Shown: positions 37,121 to 45,995, numbered from the stretch's first letter. The stretch: 64,000 bases of DNA from Candidatus Daviesbacteria bacterium (GCA_016183305.1 JACPEW010000018.1:2280-66279), one strand, 5' to 3'. The notes: generated by a model from the sequence alone, not told the origin. Program-made: numbers and translations.

Positions 37121-37172
37121 ATTTTAAAATTATATCACTATTTTAGTATGCTATACTTTACAATCACTAGCA

Positions 37173-37318
37173 GAAAACCCCGCTTTCTTAAAGCAGGGAT
37201 GAATGCTTTTGTGATTACAGTCTTCCGCGGAGCAGGTGGTAGATCTGGATAGGGTTTTCTGTAGCCTCTTGTAAACTTTCAAAGAAAACCGCGGGCTTTC
37301 AGTCTGCGGAAGTTTATA
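37173..37318 (+). mobile_element. non-autonomous IS200/IS605-like remnant (left- and right-end hairpins only)
   Basis: aaaaccccgctttcttaaagcagggatgaatgc and agaaaaccgcgggctttcagtctgcggaagtttata resemble IS605 LE/RE; interrupts the AbrB-like gene. Confidence 0.6.
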
Positions 37319-37482
37319 GAACCTTTTAAAGAAAGAAAATCTACAACTGGTTTAATTGGGGCTTCATTATTATCTTTAAGTTCAAATACAATCTCAGTAT
37401 TAGGCAAAATACCTAATCTTTTGCGGATCAGTGCAGGAATTGTGGCTTGTCCTTTTTGAGTTATTGAAGTAGTAAATTGCAT
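37279..37482 (-). pseudogene. AbrB/MazE/SpoVT-family antitoxin, 3' end replaced by the IS remnant, no toxin partner
   Basis: SITQKGQATIPALIRKRLGI. Confidence 0.7.
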
Positions 37483-37539
37483 GTTATTACTCCATCAAAT
37501 AAGTATTACTTTATCAATAGTGTAATACAAAATCTCTTT

Positions 37540-37615
37540 TGGCGCCCCCAGAGGGATTCGGACCCCCGGCCTAATCGTTAGAACCGATTTGCTCTATCCA
37601 CTGAGCTATAGGGGC
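37540..37615 (-). tRNA. tRNA-Arg(TCT), atypical T-loop
   Basis: GCCCCTA/TGGGGGC acceptor, aatcg-gttctaa-cgatt, T-loop TCCGAAT, CCA encoded. Confidence 0.85.
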
Positions 37616-37749
37616 ATTTCACCCCGATACACATCGGGACTCAATGTAAATTATACAGGGGTTATTTTACCAATTCGGAACTTATTTAGCAAAGCGGACA
37701 ATATCCTACCTAGTACGTACCCGAAGCGGGTAACAAGGTAGAAATGAGG

Positions 37750-38709
37750 CTACACCCAGGGTTTTTCTATAGTCTGTAAATAAACCACCAGTTTCTTTAA
37801 GCCTTCTTCTAGACTGACCTTAGGCTCCCAGCCCAAAATAGTCCTGGCTTTGGTGATATCCGGGCAACGTCTAGTTGGATCATCTTGGGGCATATCTTGA
37901 ACAAACGATACTACTGAAGAAGCGTTTGTTAACTGCTTAACTTTCTCAGCCAGTTCCAAAATAGTAAACTCATCAGGATTTCCTAAATTATATACTTCCC
38001 CGCTATGGCCTTTTTCCATAGCTGCAATAATTCCTTCTATCAAGTCTGATACAAAGCAAAAAGATCTGGTTTGTGTGCCATCTCCAAAAACAGGAAAAGG
38101 CTTATTCTGTAGAGCAGCATTAACAAATTCAATCACTACCCTGCCATCTGAGTCCATCCTTGGTCCATAAGTATTAAAAATCCTTACTATCCTGCCATCT
38201 AGACGCCCGGAATAGGCAAAAGCAGAAACTATAGTTTCCCCAAATCTTTTTGCCTCATCATAAACAGCCCTTGGTCCTGTGGTAGAAACATTGCCTTTAT
38301 AATCCTCCTTTTGAGGGTGTTCTAAAGGATCACCATAAACTTCTGAGGTAGAAGCAAATAAAAATTTTGCTCCTCTTGCCAAAGCTTCGCTGCATAAATT
38401 CCAAGTCCCAAAACTATTAACCTGCATTGTTTCAAAAGGTAAAGCTTGATAGCTTTTAGGATTATTTTTATTAGGAGATGCAGGAGAAGCCAGGTGGCAA
38501 ATAGCATCAAAATCTAAATCCTGGGGAAAAGAGTCTGAAGCATCAGCCTGAACAAATTCAAAATCAGGGCTGTTTTGTAAGTGAGCAATATTAAAAGGGT
38601 TACCAGTTAAAAGATTATCTATGCAAATTACTTGATGGTCAAGTTCAATTAATTTATCACAAAGGTGAGATCCTAAAAACCCAGCCCCTCCAGTAACAAC
38701 TATTCTCAT
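37750..38709 (-). CDS. UDP-glucuronate decarboxylase-like NAD-dependent epimerase/dehydratase
   Basis: TGGAGFLGSH, HLASPASP, ASTSEVYGDP, YDEAKR, RIFNTYGP, DDPTRRCPDI. Confidence 0.9.
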   Translation of the reverse strand: MRIVVTGGAGFLGSHLCDKLIELDHQVICIDNLLTGNPFNIAHLQNSPDFEFVQADASDSFPQDLDFDAICHLASPASPNKNNPKSYQALPFETMQVNSFGTWNLCSEALARGAKFLFASTSEVYGDPLEHPQKEDYKGNVSTTGPRAVYDEAKRFGETIVSAFAYSGRLDGRIVRIFNTYGPRMDSDGRVVIEFVNAALQNKPFPVFGDGTQTRSFCFVSDLIEGIIAAMEKGHSGEVYNLGNPDEFTILELAEKVKQLTNASSVVSFVQDMPQDDPTRRCPDITKARTILGWEPKVSLEEGLKKLVVYLQTIEKPWV

Positions 38710-38744
38710 GTTTTAATTGTATATTGTATATTACCAATTGTACA

Positions 38745-40067
38745 TTAAATTTTAAACCTTCTGTCCGAAAGAAAGGGGTTAGGTTGTCTCCATATTGAGG
38801 AGGAACCTAATAATATTCCCCTTTGCAAGGTAAATTCTCCATATTTATTATTAATTTGATCCAAGGCTTTGGTAATTATTTCTCTTTTCTTAACTTCTAC
38901 TAAAAAGCTTAAATTTTGAGGAGTTTGGGATTTTAAATTAGAAATAGAAACTCCAATCATTCTAATTTTTTCACCACTCCAGATCTGATTAAAAATTTTC
39001 CAAGCTGCATTAAAGATTTCCAGCCCATCACTAGTCCATAAAATAGTTTGTTGCATTCCATTGCTTTCAAAATCAACCTCTCTGTACCAGCAATGGATTG
39101 TTTTAGCTGTTAATTTTTTGGCCCGGAGTTTTCTGGCTATTAATTCTGTGAGTTTTAATAATATTTGCTTAATTTCTAATAAGTTATCAGTATCATGATC
39201 AATAGTATGCCTGTGGCCAATTGATTTAACTTCTTCTTTTTCATAGAAAGGTACAACAGGAGAATAATCTATGCCCCTGGCCATATTGTAAAGAGTTTGG
39301 CCATAACTTTTAAAAGAAGCAAGTAAGGCTTTTAAAGGAGCTTTTCTTAAGGTTTTAAAATCAAAAATTCCTAAGTTATTTAGTCTTTTTTTAATCCTGG
39401 ATCCAATTCCACAAATGTCATCTAAGGCAATTTTATCTAAAACTTTTATAGCAGTTTCTTGATCAGGAATCACTACTAAACCATCTAGTTTTTGTAAAGA
39501 ACCAGCCAGTTTTGCCATTAATTTGTTATACGAGATACCAATAGAACAGGTAATATATTCCCCTATTTCTGATTTGATCCTTCTTTTAATCTCTAAGGCT
39601 ATATTTTTTGTCATTGCGGGAAACGAATCTTCGAGTGACGAAGCAATCCTTTTCTTTGTCATCCCAGACTTGATCTGGGATCCATATAAATAATTGTCTA
39701 TATAGATTCCCACTTTCGTGGGAATGACAGGAGAAGGCATTTCTAAAAATGCTTCATCTATAGAAAACACTTCTAGGTATGGGCTGTAGTCTTTTAGGAT
39801 GGTCAAAAAACGCTTAGTTGTCTCTGAATATTTATCAGAGTCTCCAGAAACAAGAATAATTTGTGGGCAAAGTTTTTGAGCCTCCCAAATCTGCATACCA
39901 GTTTTTACCCCAAACCTTTTAGCCTCTACAGAAGCTGCCCCTAAAACAGTTCTTTTCATCCTGTCTCCACCTGTTATTCCAATTGGTTTGCCACGGAGTC
40001 TTGGATTGGCTTGTTGTTCTACTGTGGCAAAATAGCTATTAAAATCAATATGTAAAATAACTCTCAT
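38745..40067 (-). CDS. dinB: DNA polymerase IV (Y-family) with an in-frame repeat-derived insert
   Basis: LHIDFNSYFATVE, SIDEAF, SIGISYNKLMAKLA; start MRVIL at 40067. Confidence 0.92.
   Translation of the reverse strand: MRVILHIDFNSYFATVEQQANPRLRGKPIGITGGDRMKRTVLGAASVEAKRFGVKTGMQIWEAQKLCPQIILVSGDSDKYSETTKRFLTILKDYSPYLEVFSIDEAFLEMPSPVIPTKVGIYIDNYLYGSQIKSGMTKKRIASSLEDSFPAMTKNIALEIKRRIKSEIGEYITCSIGISYNKLMAKLAGSLQKLDGLVVIPDQETAIKVLDKIALDDICGIGSRIKKRLNNLGIFDFKTLRKAPLKALLASFKSYGQTLYNMARGIDYSPVVPFYEKEEVKSIGHRHTIDHDTDNLLEIKQILLKLTELIARKLRAKKLTAKTIHCWYREVDFESNGMQQTILWTSDGLEIFNAAWKIFNQIWSGEKIRMIGVSISNLKSQTPQNLSFLVEVKKREIITKALDQINNKYGEFTLQRGILLGSSSIWRQPNPFLSDRRFKI
39610..39728. repeat. composite GTCAT...ATGAC element (half copy plus full copy) in frame in dinB
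   Basis: gtcattgcggg...gaagcaatc and gtcatcccagacttgatctgggatcc...gattcccactttcgtgggaatgac (ATTCCC-N8-GGGAAT). Confidence 0.9.
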
Positions 40068-40074
40068 ATTTATT

Positions 40075-40105
40075 GTCATTCTTCACTCTCCGGGTTCAGG
40101 ATGAC
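40075..40105. repeat. collapsed GTCAT...ATGAC element
   Basis: gtcattcttcactctccgggttcaggatgac between dinB and its upstream gene. Confidence 0.6.
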
Positions 40106-40108
40106 AAT

Positions 40109-40351
40109 TCACATCTCTTCTACAGCTTCCAAAGACCACTTCATTCTATTGACATCAAACTTTAATCTATAAAAGTTATCTCCAGAACTGATAGAAAAGT
40201 GATAAAATAGCCAAGCGCCATTTTTAGAAGTGTGAATCAGGTTGATTTTGTCTACTTTAATTTGTCTACCGCGCCAGTAAAATGAATAAGGCTGAATTAT
40301 GTTGTTTTTGAAAAAGACCCAAACATTAATAGTTTCTTGTATTTCTAGCAT
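40109..40351 (-). CDS. small beta-rich protein co-oriented with dinB (DUF6504-like)
   Basis: PYSFYWRGRQIKV...FYHFSI...YRLKFD...W; start MLEIQE at 40351. Confidence 0.6.
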   Translation of the reverse strand: MLEIQETINVWVFFKNNIIQPYSFYWRGRQIKVDKINLIHTSKNGAWLFYHFSISSGDNFYRLKFDVNRMKWSLEAVEEM

Positions 40352-40388
40352 AATTTTAATATATACCGAATAAAACCCAAATATCAAT

Positions 40389-42176
40389 ATGGAAGTTAAA
40401 ATTCAAAATTCAAAATTCAAAAATTCAATTCAAAAGTTAAAATTTTTAAAAACTTTTAAATTTTTCCTTGTACTTTTGACTTTTAACTTTTTACTTTTGA
40501 CTTTACCTACTCCTGCCTATGCTATTACCGATCCTCTCTCTGTTGTCAATAATAAATTTGGTATTCATCTTATCCAAGCTGCTGTTGAAGAATCCTCTCC
40601 TGCAGCAGATTTAGTTAATAGTTCTGGTGGTGATTGGGGTTATATTACTGTTTTAGTTGAAAGCAAGGATAGGAATCATGGTAAATGGCAGGAATTTTTT
40701 AATGATTTAAGAAAGAGACATATTATCCCTATAGTTAGGCTTGCTACCCAACCAGATGGTAATTTTTGGAAAAGGCCATATGAAGGAGAAGAACAAGCCT
40801 GGGCTGATTTTTTAGATGCTTTAAATTGGCCAACAAAAAACCGTTATGTAACTATTTATAATGAGCCAAACCATGCTACAGAATGGGGAAATTTAGTTGA
40901 CGCTAAATCTTATGCAGAAATATTAGATAAGACTATCACAGCGCTAAAAAATAAAAATAGAGATTTTTTTGTACTCAATGGAGGATTTGATGCTTCTGCT
41001 CCTTCAAAACCACCCTTTCATGAAGACCAATTAGTTTTTATGAAGCAAATGAATGAAGCAGTTTCTGGCATTTTTGAGAAATTAGATGGTTGGGTCTCCC
41101 ACTCTTATCCTAATCCTGAATTTGCAGGTTCACCAGATGCTGTAGGAAGAGGGACTATAAGGACCTGGTTTTGGGAAATACAACAGCTTAAAAATTTAGG
41201 AGTTAGCAAAAATTTACCAATATTTATTACAGAAACAGGCTGGAAGCATGCTGAAGGGTTAAATTATAATTCCTATTTTCCTGATACGGATACTGTCAGT
41301 AAATATTACCAGCAAGCATTTAATTCAGCCTGGAATAACAACAGGATTGTGGCTATAACTCCTTTTTTATTAAACTATCAAGAAGCTCCTTTTGATCATT
41401 TTTCTTTCAAAAAATCAAATAAGGATAAACAAAGCAAAGATTCTTCTGATTATTATTCTATCTATCCGGCAATCCAAAATTTATCTAAAACAAAAGGTAA
41501 GCCTGTTCAGCAAACAGAGGCAGAGTTAGTAAAAGGTGAAATCTACAGCTCAATTGTTTCAGGAGAAGTTTATAATATTGCCCTAACTTTTAAAAATACT
41601 GGGCAATCAATTTGGAATGATAGAGACCCTGTGAGACTAATGCCACTAACAGGAGGGAAGGAGTTAGGGATTGAAGCAGTAGAGTTACCTAAAGATAAAA
41701 AAATTGAGCCCGGGCAGCAGTATTCTTTTGAGTTAAATATGAAGGCTCCTGAAAGTGGAGTTTATACAATTACCTTGAATTTAAAGGAAGGAGATAAGCA
41801 ATTTAGCTCCTCCCCTATTCAGTTTACTACAGAAGTTAAATCTCCAGTAGTTCTGAAGGTAATGGGAGTTTTGGGATGGAAAAAAGATTTTTCCGGGGAT
41901 TATATTCTAAAAATTAAAGGAGCTACAGGAGAAAGTGCCCAAAATATAATTTTAAATAAAAAGGGAATTTCTAAAGAAATAGAAGCAAGGTATTTGCTGC
42001 CTGATTATTCCTTTAAATTTTCCTTGGAAAAACCATACTATGTCACTCAAACAATTAATCAACAAGTTTATGCTGGAGTTAATACCCTAAACTTTGGTAC
42101 CCTGCAGCCTGATTTATTACCAGCAATTTTAAATCCAGCACAATTTTGGCAGCTGCTCCCTTTTTCCAATAAATGA
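40389..42176 (+). CDS. secreted clan GH-A glycoside hydrolase with an Ig-like (NBR1-type) domain
   Basis: NKFGIH, IYNEPN, SHSYP, FITETGW, FKNTGQSIW. Confidence 0.8.
   Translation: MEVKIQNSKFKNSIQKLKFLKTFKFFLVLLTFNFLLLTLPTPAYAITDPLSVVNNKFGIHLIQAAVEESSPAADLVNSSGGDWGYITVLVESKDRNHGKWQEFFNDLRKRHIIPIVRLATQPDGNFWKRPYEGEEQAWADFLDALNWPTKNRYVTIYNEPNHATEWGNLVDAKSYAEILDKTITALKNKNRDFFVLNGGFDASAPSKPPFHEDQLVFMKQMNEAVSGIFEKLDGWVSHSYPNPEFAGSPDAVGRGTIRTWFWEIQQLKNLGVSKNLPIFITETGWKHAEGLNYNSYFPDTDTVSKYYQQAFNSAWNNNRIVAITPFLLNYQEAPFDHFSFKKSNKDKQSKDSSDYYSIYPAIQNLSKTKGKPVQQTEAELVKGEIYSSIVSGEVYNIALTFKNTGQSIWNDRDPVRLMPLTGGKELGIEAVELPKDKKIEPGQQYSFELNMKAPESGVYTITLNLKEGDKQFSSSPIQFTTEVKSPVVLKVMGVLGWKKDFSGDYILKIKGATGESAQNIILNKKGISKEIEARYLLPDYSFKFSLEKPYYVTQTINQQVYAGVNTLNFGTLQPDLLPAILNPAQFWQLLPFSNK
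40396..40505. repeat. inverted heptamer-arm element (TCAAAAT... / ...TTTTGAC) encoding the GH signal region
   Basis: aaaattc x3 followed by ttttgac/ttttaac repeats. Confidence 0.75.
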
Positions 42177-42263
42177 ACAGATTCTTGTTCCCTTAATAAA
42201 ATTGGTATAGTTTGATCCATTTTGTCCTAATTGACGTAGGAGCTAATTACTTATATAATAGTT

Positions 42264-42359
42264 AGACTTGTTAAAAACCTTATCGCAAGATCTGGTTTTA
42301 CATTAGCCTAAAAACTAAATTGACAGGTTCTCTAAGGAAGCCCCGTAAGGGGCTTTTTT
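42264..42359 (+). ncRNA. candidate stand-alone structured small RNA of about 95 nt
   Basis: TTGACG(42231)-N17-TATAAT(42254); P1 GACUUGUUAA/UUGACAGGUU; GCAA-capped hairpin; AAGCCCC-GUAA-GGGGCUUUUUU terminator. Confidence 0.65.
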
Positions 42360-42361
42360 AG

Positions 42362-42441
42362 ATCTGAATGTCTAAATGACATTCAGATGGGTTAACAACT
42401 TTTTATCTGCGGAGCAGAAATATAATAATAAGTTAACCCAG
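42362..42441 (+). repeat. structured element of about 80 bp, copy A (copy B inverted at 59353-59431)
   Basis: short hairpin plus GGGTTAAC...GTTAACCC stem enclosing ctgcggagcag. Confidence 0.7.
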
Positions 42442-42496
42442 TCTGTTGTCTCCAAGTAGCATAATTTCTCATATTTAGGTAAAATAAGGGCTAGAT

Positions 42497-42573
42497 GGTG
42501 ATCGTAGCTCAATGGTAGAGCACCAGATTGTGGATCTGGCGGTTTGCGGGTTCAAATCCCGTCGATCACCCCA
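42497..42573 (+). tRNA. tRNA-His(GTG)
   Basis: G-1 plus GTGATCG/CGATCAC, ccaga-ttgtgga-tctgg, GTTCAAATC, CCA. Confidence 0.95.
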
Positions 42574-42622
42574 AGTCCTATAGTTGACTTTTTATCACCG
42601 AATTAATTATAATCCTATTCCT

Positions 42623-43102
42623 ATGGGTATTGAACAGTGGGTTGAAAAAATAAAAGGAATGGGCCTTACACCAAGCACTCATGATAGTCATGCATATACA
42701 CCAGAAATGGATGTACCATGTCCACAATTACCAGGTATCAAAGCTAAGTTTGTGATTGTGGGTGATGGAAATGAGCAAGGTTTAGAAAGTGGGATATACT
42801 TAGCTGTTGGTATACTTGAAATAGGAATCTCACGTTATCCAGTAATTAGAGATGCTATTGGAGCATTTGCTACAGAACAATTATGTGGATTACAAGGAAA
42901 TCTTACTCCAGAAACACAAAGATTTGGAGATAGTGTTAACTTTAAAATAATAGGTTCCCAACCTACAGGAGCTACCCTTCTAAAGTTAGAGCCAGTTAGT
43001 GGAGAACGATTTAGGAATCTTGGCGAAATCGTTGAGAATTTCGGAGTAAAGGGTATAAGAATCACTCCATTTAAAGATGGAAAAATTCCTCCTACACAGT
43101 AA
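42623..43102 (+). CDS. hypothetical protein
   Basis: ORF track 42584-43102; probable start MGIEQW near 42623. Confidence 0.5.
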   Translation: MGIEQWVEKIKGMGLTPSTHDSHAYTPEMDVPCPQLPGIKAKFVIVGDGNEQGLESGIYLAVGILEIGISRYPVIRDAIGAFATEQLCGLQGNLTPETQRFGDSVNFKIIGSQPTGATLLKLEPVSGERFRNLGEIVENFGVKGIRITPFKDGKIPPTQ

Positions 43103-43305
43103 CCTTAGTTTCGTAAGAATCCCTAAAATTGGCTATAAATTATACTTGTTAGAATAATCAGGAATTACAAAAAAAGGCACAAATTCCTGTAGCTGGGTAC
43201 GAAGTAAACAAGTTTGCGATCATTCTGATCTAAAGTCTGCCCACCCACCCACTACGGACATGGGAAAATTGCTAGGCTCGGTTTGTGCGTAATTCTTAGG
43301 TCCGA

Positions 43306-43923
43306 TCAGCTCTTTTGTTTTTGTTGATTTATTTCTGTAATTAACTTTTTAGCTTGTTTATAATCCGCTTCCTTCAGCATATCGTTACATTTCTCAAATC
43401 TTTCCTTATTAAAAGCCAATACATAAATTACCTTGTGATTCTCCTGGTCGAACTCTAAATTAATAGTGGCCAAAGTATCAAATACACAAGCTGGAAAATC
43501 TTTTCTGTTGCCGGTAAGCATAGCTCCTTTATTTTTTGCTGCCATTAGCATCCCGGCTAATACTAAATCTACAAAACTACTGGCTCCACAATATTTTTCT
43601 TGCACATATATTTTCGATAACAGCAGGGCATTAGTGATAAAATTGGGCAAATGCTCCAGATATAGCTTTTGAGATATTACTGCAAACAAAGGACTTTCTA
43701 TGAATTTTTGTTTGTTAAGTTTAATCTCTAAAACGGGAGTATTTCTCAAAAACTCAAATTCTACAAAAGGGTGAATATAAAGATTTTTTAAACCAAAATT
43801 CCCGGTTAGTTCCTTTAGAAGGATTGCGTGATCGTATATGTGTGCAAGACAATCATTATCAATAAAAATGAATCGTCCTGAGATAGCCCCCTGGAAATTT
43901 TGACTATAGAAAGTTTTTAGCAT
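43306..43923 (-). CDS. PIN-domain protein (putative toxin)
   Basis: FIDND, VEFEFLR, SFVDLVLA, LTGNRKDF acidic-residue pattern. Confidence 0.7.
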   Translation of the reverse strand: MLKTFYSQNFQGAISGRFIFIDNDCLAHIYDHAILLKELTGNFGLKNLYIHPFVEFEFLRNTPVLEIKLNKQKFIESPLFAVISQKLYLEHLPNFITNALLLSKIYVQEKYCGASSFVDLVLAGMLMAAKNKGAMLTGNRKDFPACVFDTLATINLEFDQENHKVIYVLAFNKERFEKCNDMLKEADYKQAKKLITEINQQKQKS

Positions 43924-44077
43924 TAGCTTTGAGCAGCTTATCTTCGAGTTTTCTACCCTCTTTACTTATTTTAATTAACTCTTCAACATCCTTTTTGCTA
44001 ACTTTCTTACTGGATGGAGTTAAAAATTCATCTTTTTTTAAATAATGTGGTTTTGGATTCTTTGGAAAACTTGTCAT
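43904..44077 (-). CDS. 57-aa basic protein, putative antitoxin (not in the ORF track)
   Basis: AGGAGG RBS; MTSFPKNPKPHYLKKDEFLTPSSKKVSKKDVEELIKISKEGRKLEDKLLKANAKNFL; overlaps the PIN gene start. Confidence 0.65.
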   Translation of the reverse strand: MTSFPKNPKPHYLKKDEFLTPSSKKVSKKDVEELIKISKEGRKLEDKLLKANAKNFL

Positions 44078-44663
44078 ACTACCTCCTTTTTAATTAAACG
44101 TTATACTGATTGTAGTGTCAAGAAGTTTACCATAATTAAATTAGATTTGTGTAAGATTTATAAAAGTTTATGTATCTAACAAGATAGATCGGTATAACTC
44201 TAATTCCTGAGGCTTGCAGAGGCTAAAATAGGTTCTAACATCGTACGCTAGTGGACCCTTACATAATTTAGCCACGAAATTAGTATATCACTGAGGGGAA
44301 ATTCGTACCCAAAATCGTAGAATTTTGAGTTCAGCAAGATTCTTTTAAAGTACCAAATTATTTCAAAGAGATATTCTTTTATTTCTATTAAGAAATGCTA
44401 ATGTTAAATGATGCAATATGCAAGTTTCATAAAAAGAATAATTGCTGGTACTTACGTAGTAAATTCTTAGTTCTTATAAGATCATTTACTAGCCAGTAAG
44501 ATTTAAATGAGCTCAATATTATCATAAAAGCATTGTTAGCTGTTTTAGCCATAAATGCATGTTTTAAAATACTATAAATTCCACAACTCAATAAGCTTAT
44601 AGTTGTTTTATTTTCTCCTCTCTGATATACTTCTTTTGCAATTTTTAGAAGCTCATCTTAATC

Positions 44664-45536
44664 ATGAATATAGAAATAGATATCCATACTTCTACTAAGG
44701 GGACTAAGCTAATCGAAGGAGATCGTATTGAGCAGACGGTAGTAGCAGCAATTAGAAAAAGCTTTGATCTTAGAAGTTATAAAGTTGGATTATTTTTGGT
44801 AGAACCTGCTAATCCAAATCCAAGAAGCGAATCATCATTAGTTTCATTAAGAAGAAAAATGCGATTGGCTAATGAATTAGGGATACTAAAACAAGCACGT
44901 GTTTTTCCATACAACACTCCCTTAGAGGAGTTTAATCAAGCCATAGATGAAATTAACAAAAGCTCAGACATTGCTGGAGTTATTGTGCAACTTCCTTTAC
45001 CGCAACACTTACTTCCTTCACGATATAATATTGATTTACAAAAAGATATTGATTCTATCAATCCAGAAAACGATATTTGGAGAATTTGCGCTACAGCTGA
45101 AGCTACTATGAGGCTTTTGATAGCATATCAAAATAATATTAAAAAAATAGCCTTGCTTGGTGCAAGAGGATTTGTAGGAAGACATATCGGAAAAGGAATA
45201 CAACGAAGCCAGTTGGGTAATTTAACCCAAATAGAATACGATGATTCACTTTCATTATTAAAATATTGCGATACAATTATCTCTGCAGTTGGTCAACCAA
45301 ATTTAATCCAAGCGGATAACTTAGGGAAAAACACAGATTTTGGTATAGACGTGGGAAATACTCGAGTTAATAATGAGTTTAAGGGAGATTTTGATTATAA
45401 AAGCATTGATGGCTTATTTAAGTATTTAACACCAGTACCAGGAGGGATGGGACCTTTAGAAATGGTTATTGTTGCAGAACGTTTAGTGAGGAATGCTATT
45501 CAACCTGATTTTAAAGTAAATTTGTTAGCAAAATAA
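44664..45536 (+). CDS. divergent FolD-like methylene-THF dehydrogenase/cyclohydrolase
   Basis: GVIVQLPLP, KDID, SAVGQP, IDVG, GDFD, TPVPGGMGP. Confidence 0.8.
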   Translation: MNIEIDIHTSTKGTKLIEGDRIEQTVVAAIRKSFDLRSYKVGLFLVEPANPNPRSESSLVSLRRKMRLANELGILKQARVFPYNTPLEEFNQAIDEINKSSDIAGVIVQLPLPQHLLPSRYNIDLQKDIDSINPENDIWRICATAEATMRLLIAYQNNIKKIALLGARGFVGRHIGKGIQRSQLGNLTQIEYDDSLSLLKYCDTIISAVGQPNLIQADNLGKNTDFGIDVGNTRVNNEFKGDFDYKSIDGLFKYLTPVPGGMGPLEMVIVAERLVRNAIQPDFKVNLLAK

Positions 45537-45995
45537 TTGATGAAAATAGCTATACCAATCCATTTTTTTTATATTAAATATAATGCTAAACAGTTTCCTG
45601 GAAATACCAATAGGAAGGGTTTAAAGTTCGGAGCTAATTGCCAATATTTTGTATTCGAATTACTTAAACATTTTGGGGTCAAAGTCAAGAAAACATTTCG
45701 GTCAAGTGAATTATGGGAGGATGTCGTTGAAACAAAGAAAGTAAAAAGATTAGCACTTTTTGATATAGTTTTTTTTAACAGCACAGAAAAAGCTTACGGA
45801 GCCCATCTTGGAGTCTATCTAGAAAAAAATAAGGTAATACATCTTAGTAGAAAGGTTGGTTATCCAACAATTTGGGATATAAAAGAGTTTTTTAAATACA
45901 AAGAATATAAATATTATTTAGGTGCAAAACGTGTAATTAATAAAAGCTCAAAGATACCTAATATCACGCAACCTACTGATAGAGTAGTGGGATAA
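45537..45995 (+). CDS. NlpC/P60 family hydrolase
   Basis: GANCQ, DIVFF, HLGVYL...VIHL (Cys-His-His). Confidence 0.8.
   Translation: MMKIAIPIHFFYIKYNAKQFPGNTNRKGLKFGANCQYFVFELLKHFGVKVKKTFRSSELWEDVVETKKVKRLALFDIVFFNSTEKAYGAHLGVYLEKNKVIHLSRKVGYPTIWDIKEFFKYKEYKYYLGAKRVINKSSKIPNITQPTDRVVG

Noticed and set aside
44290..44340. Possible degenerate tRNA or fourth type E junction (ttcgtaccca)
   Set aside because: Only about 10 bp match, opposite orientation, and no cloverleaf.
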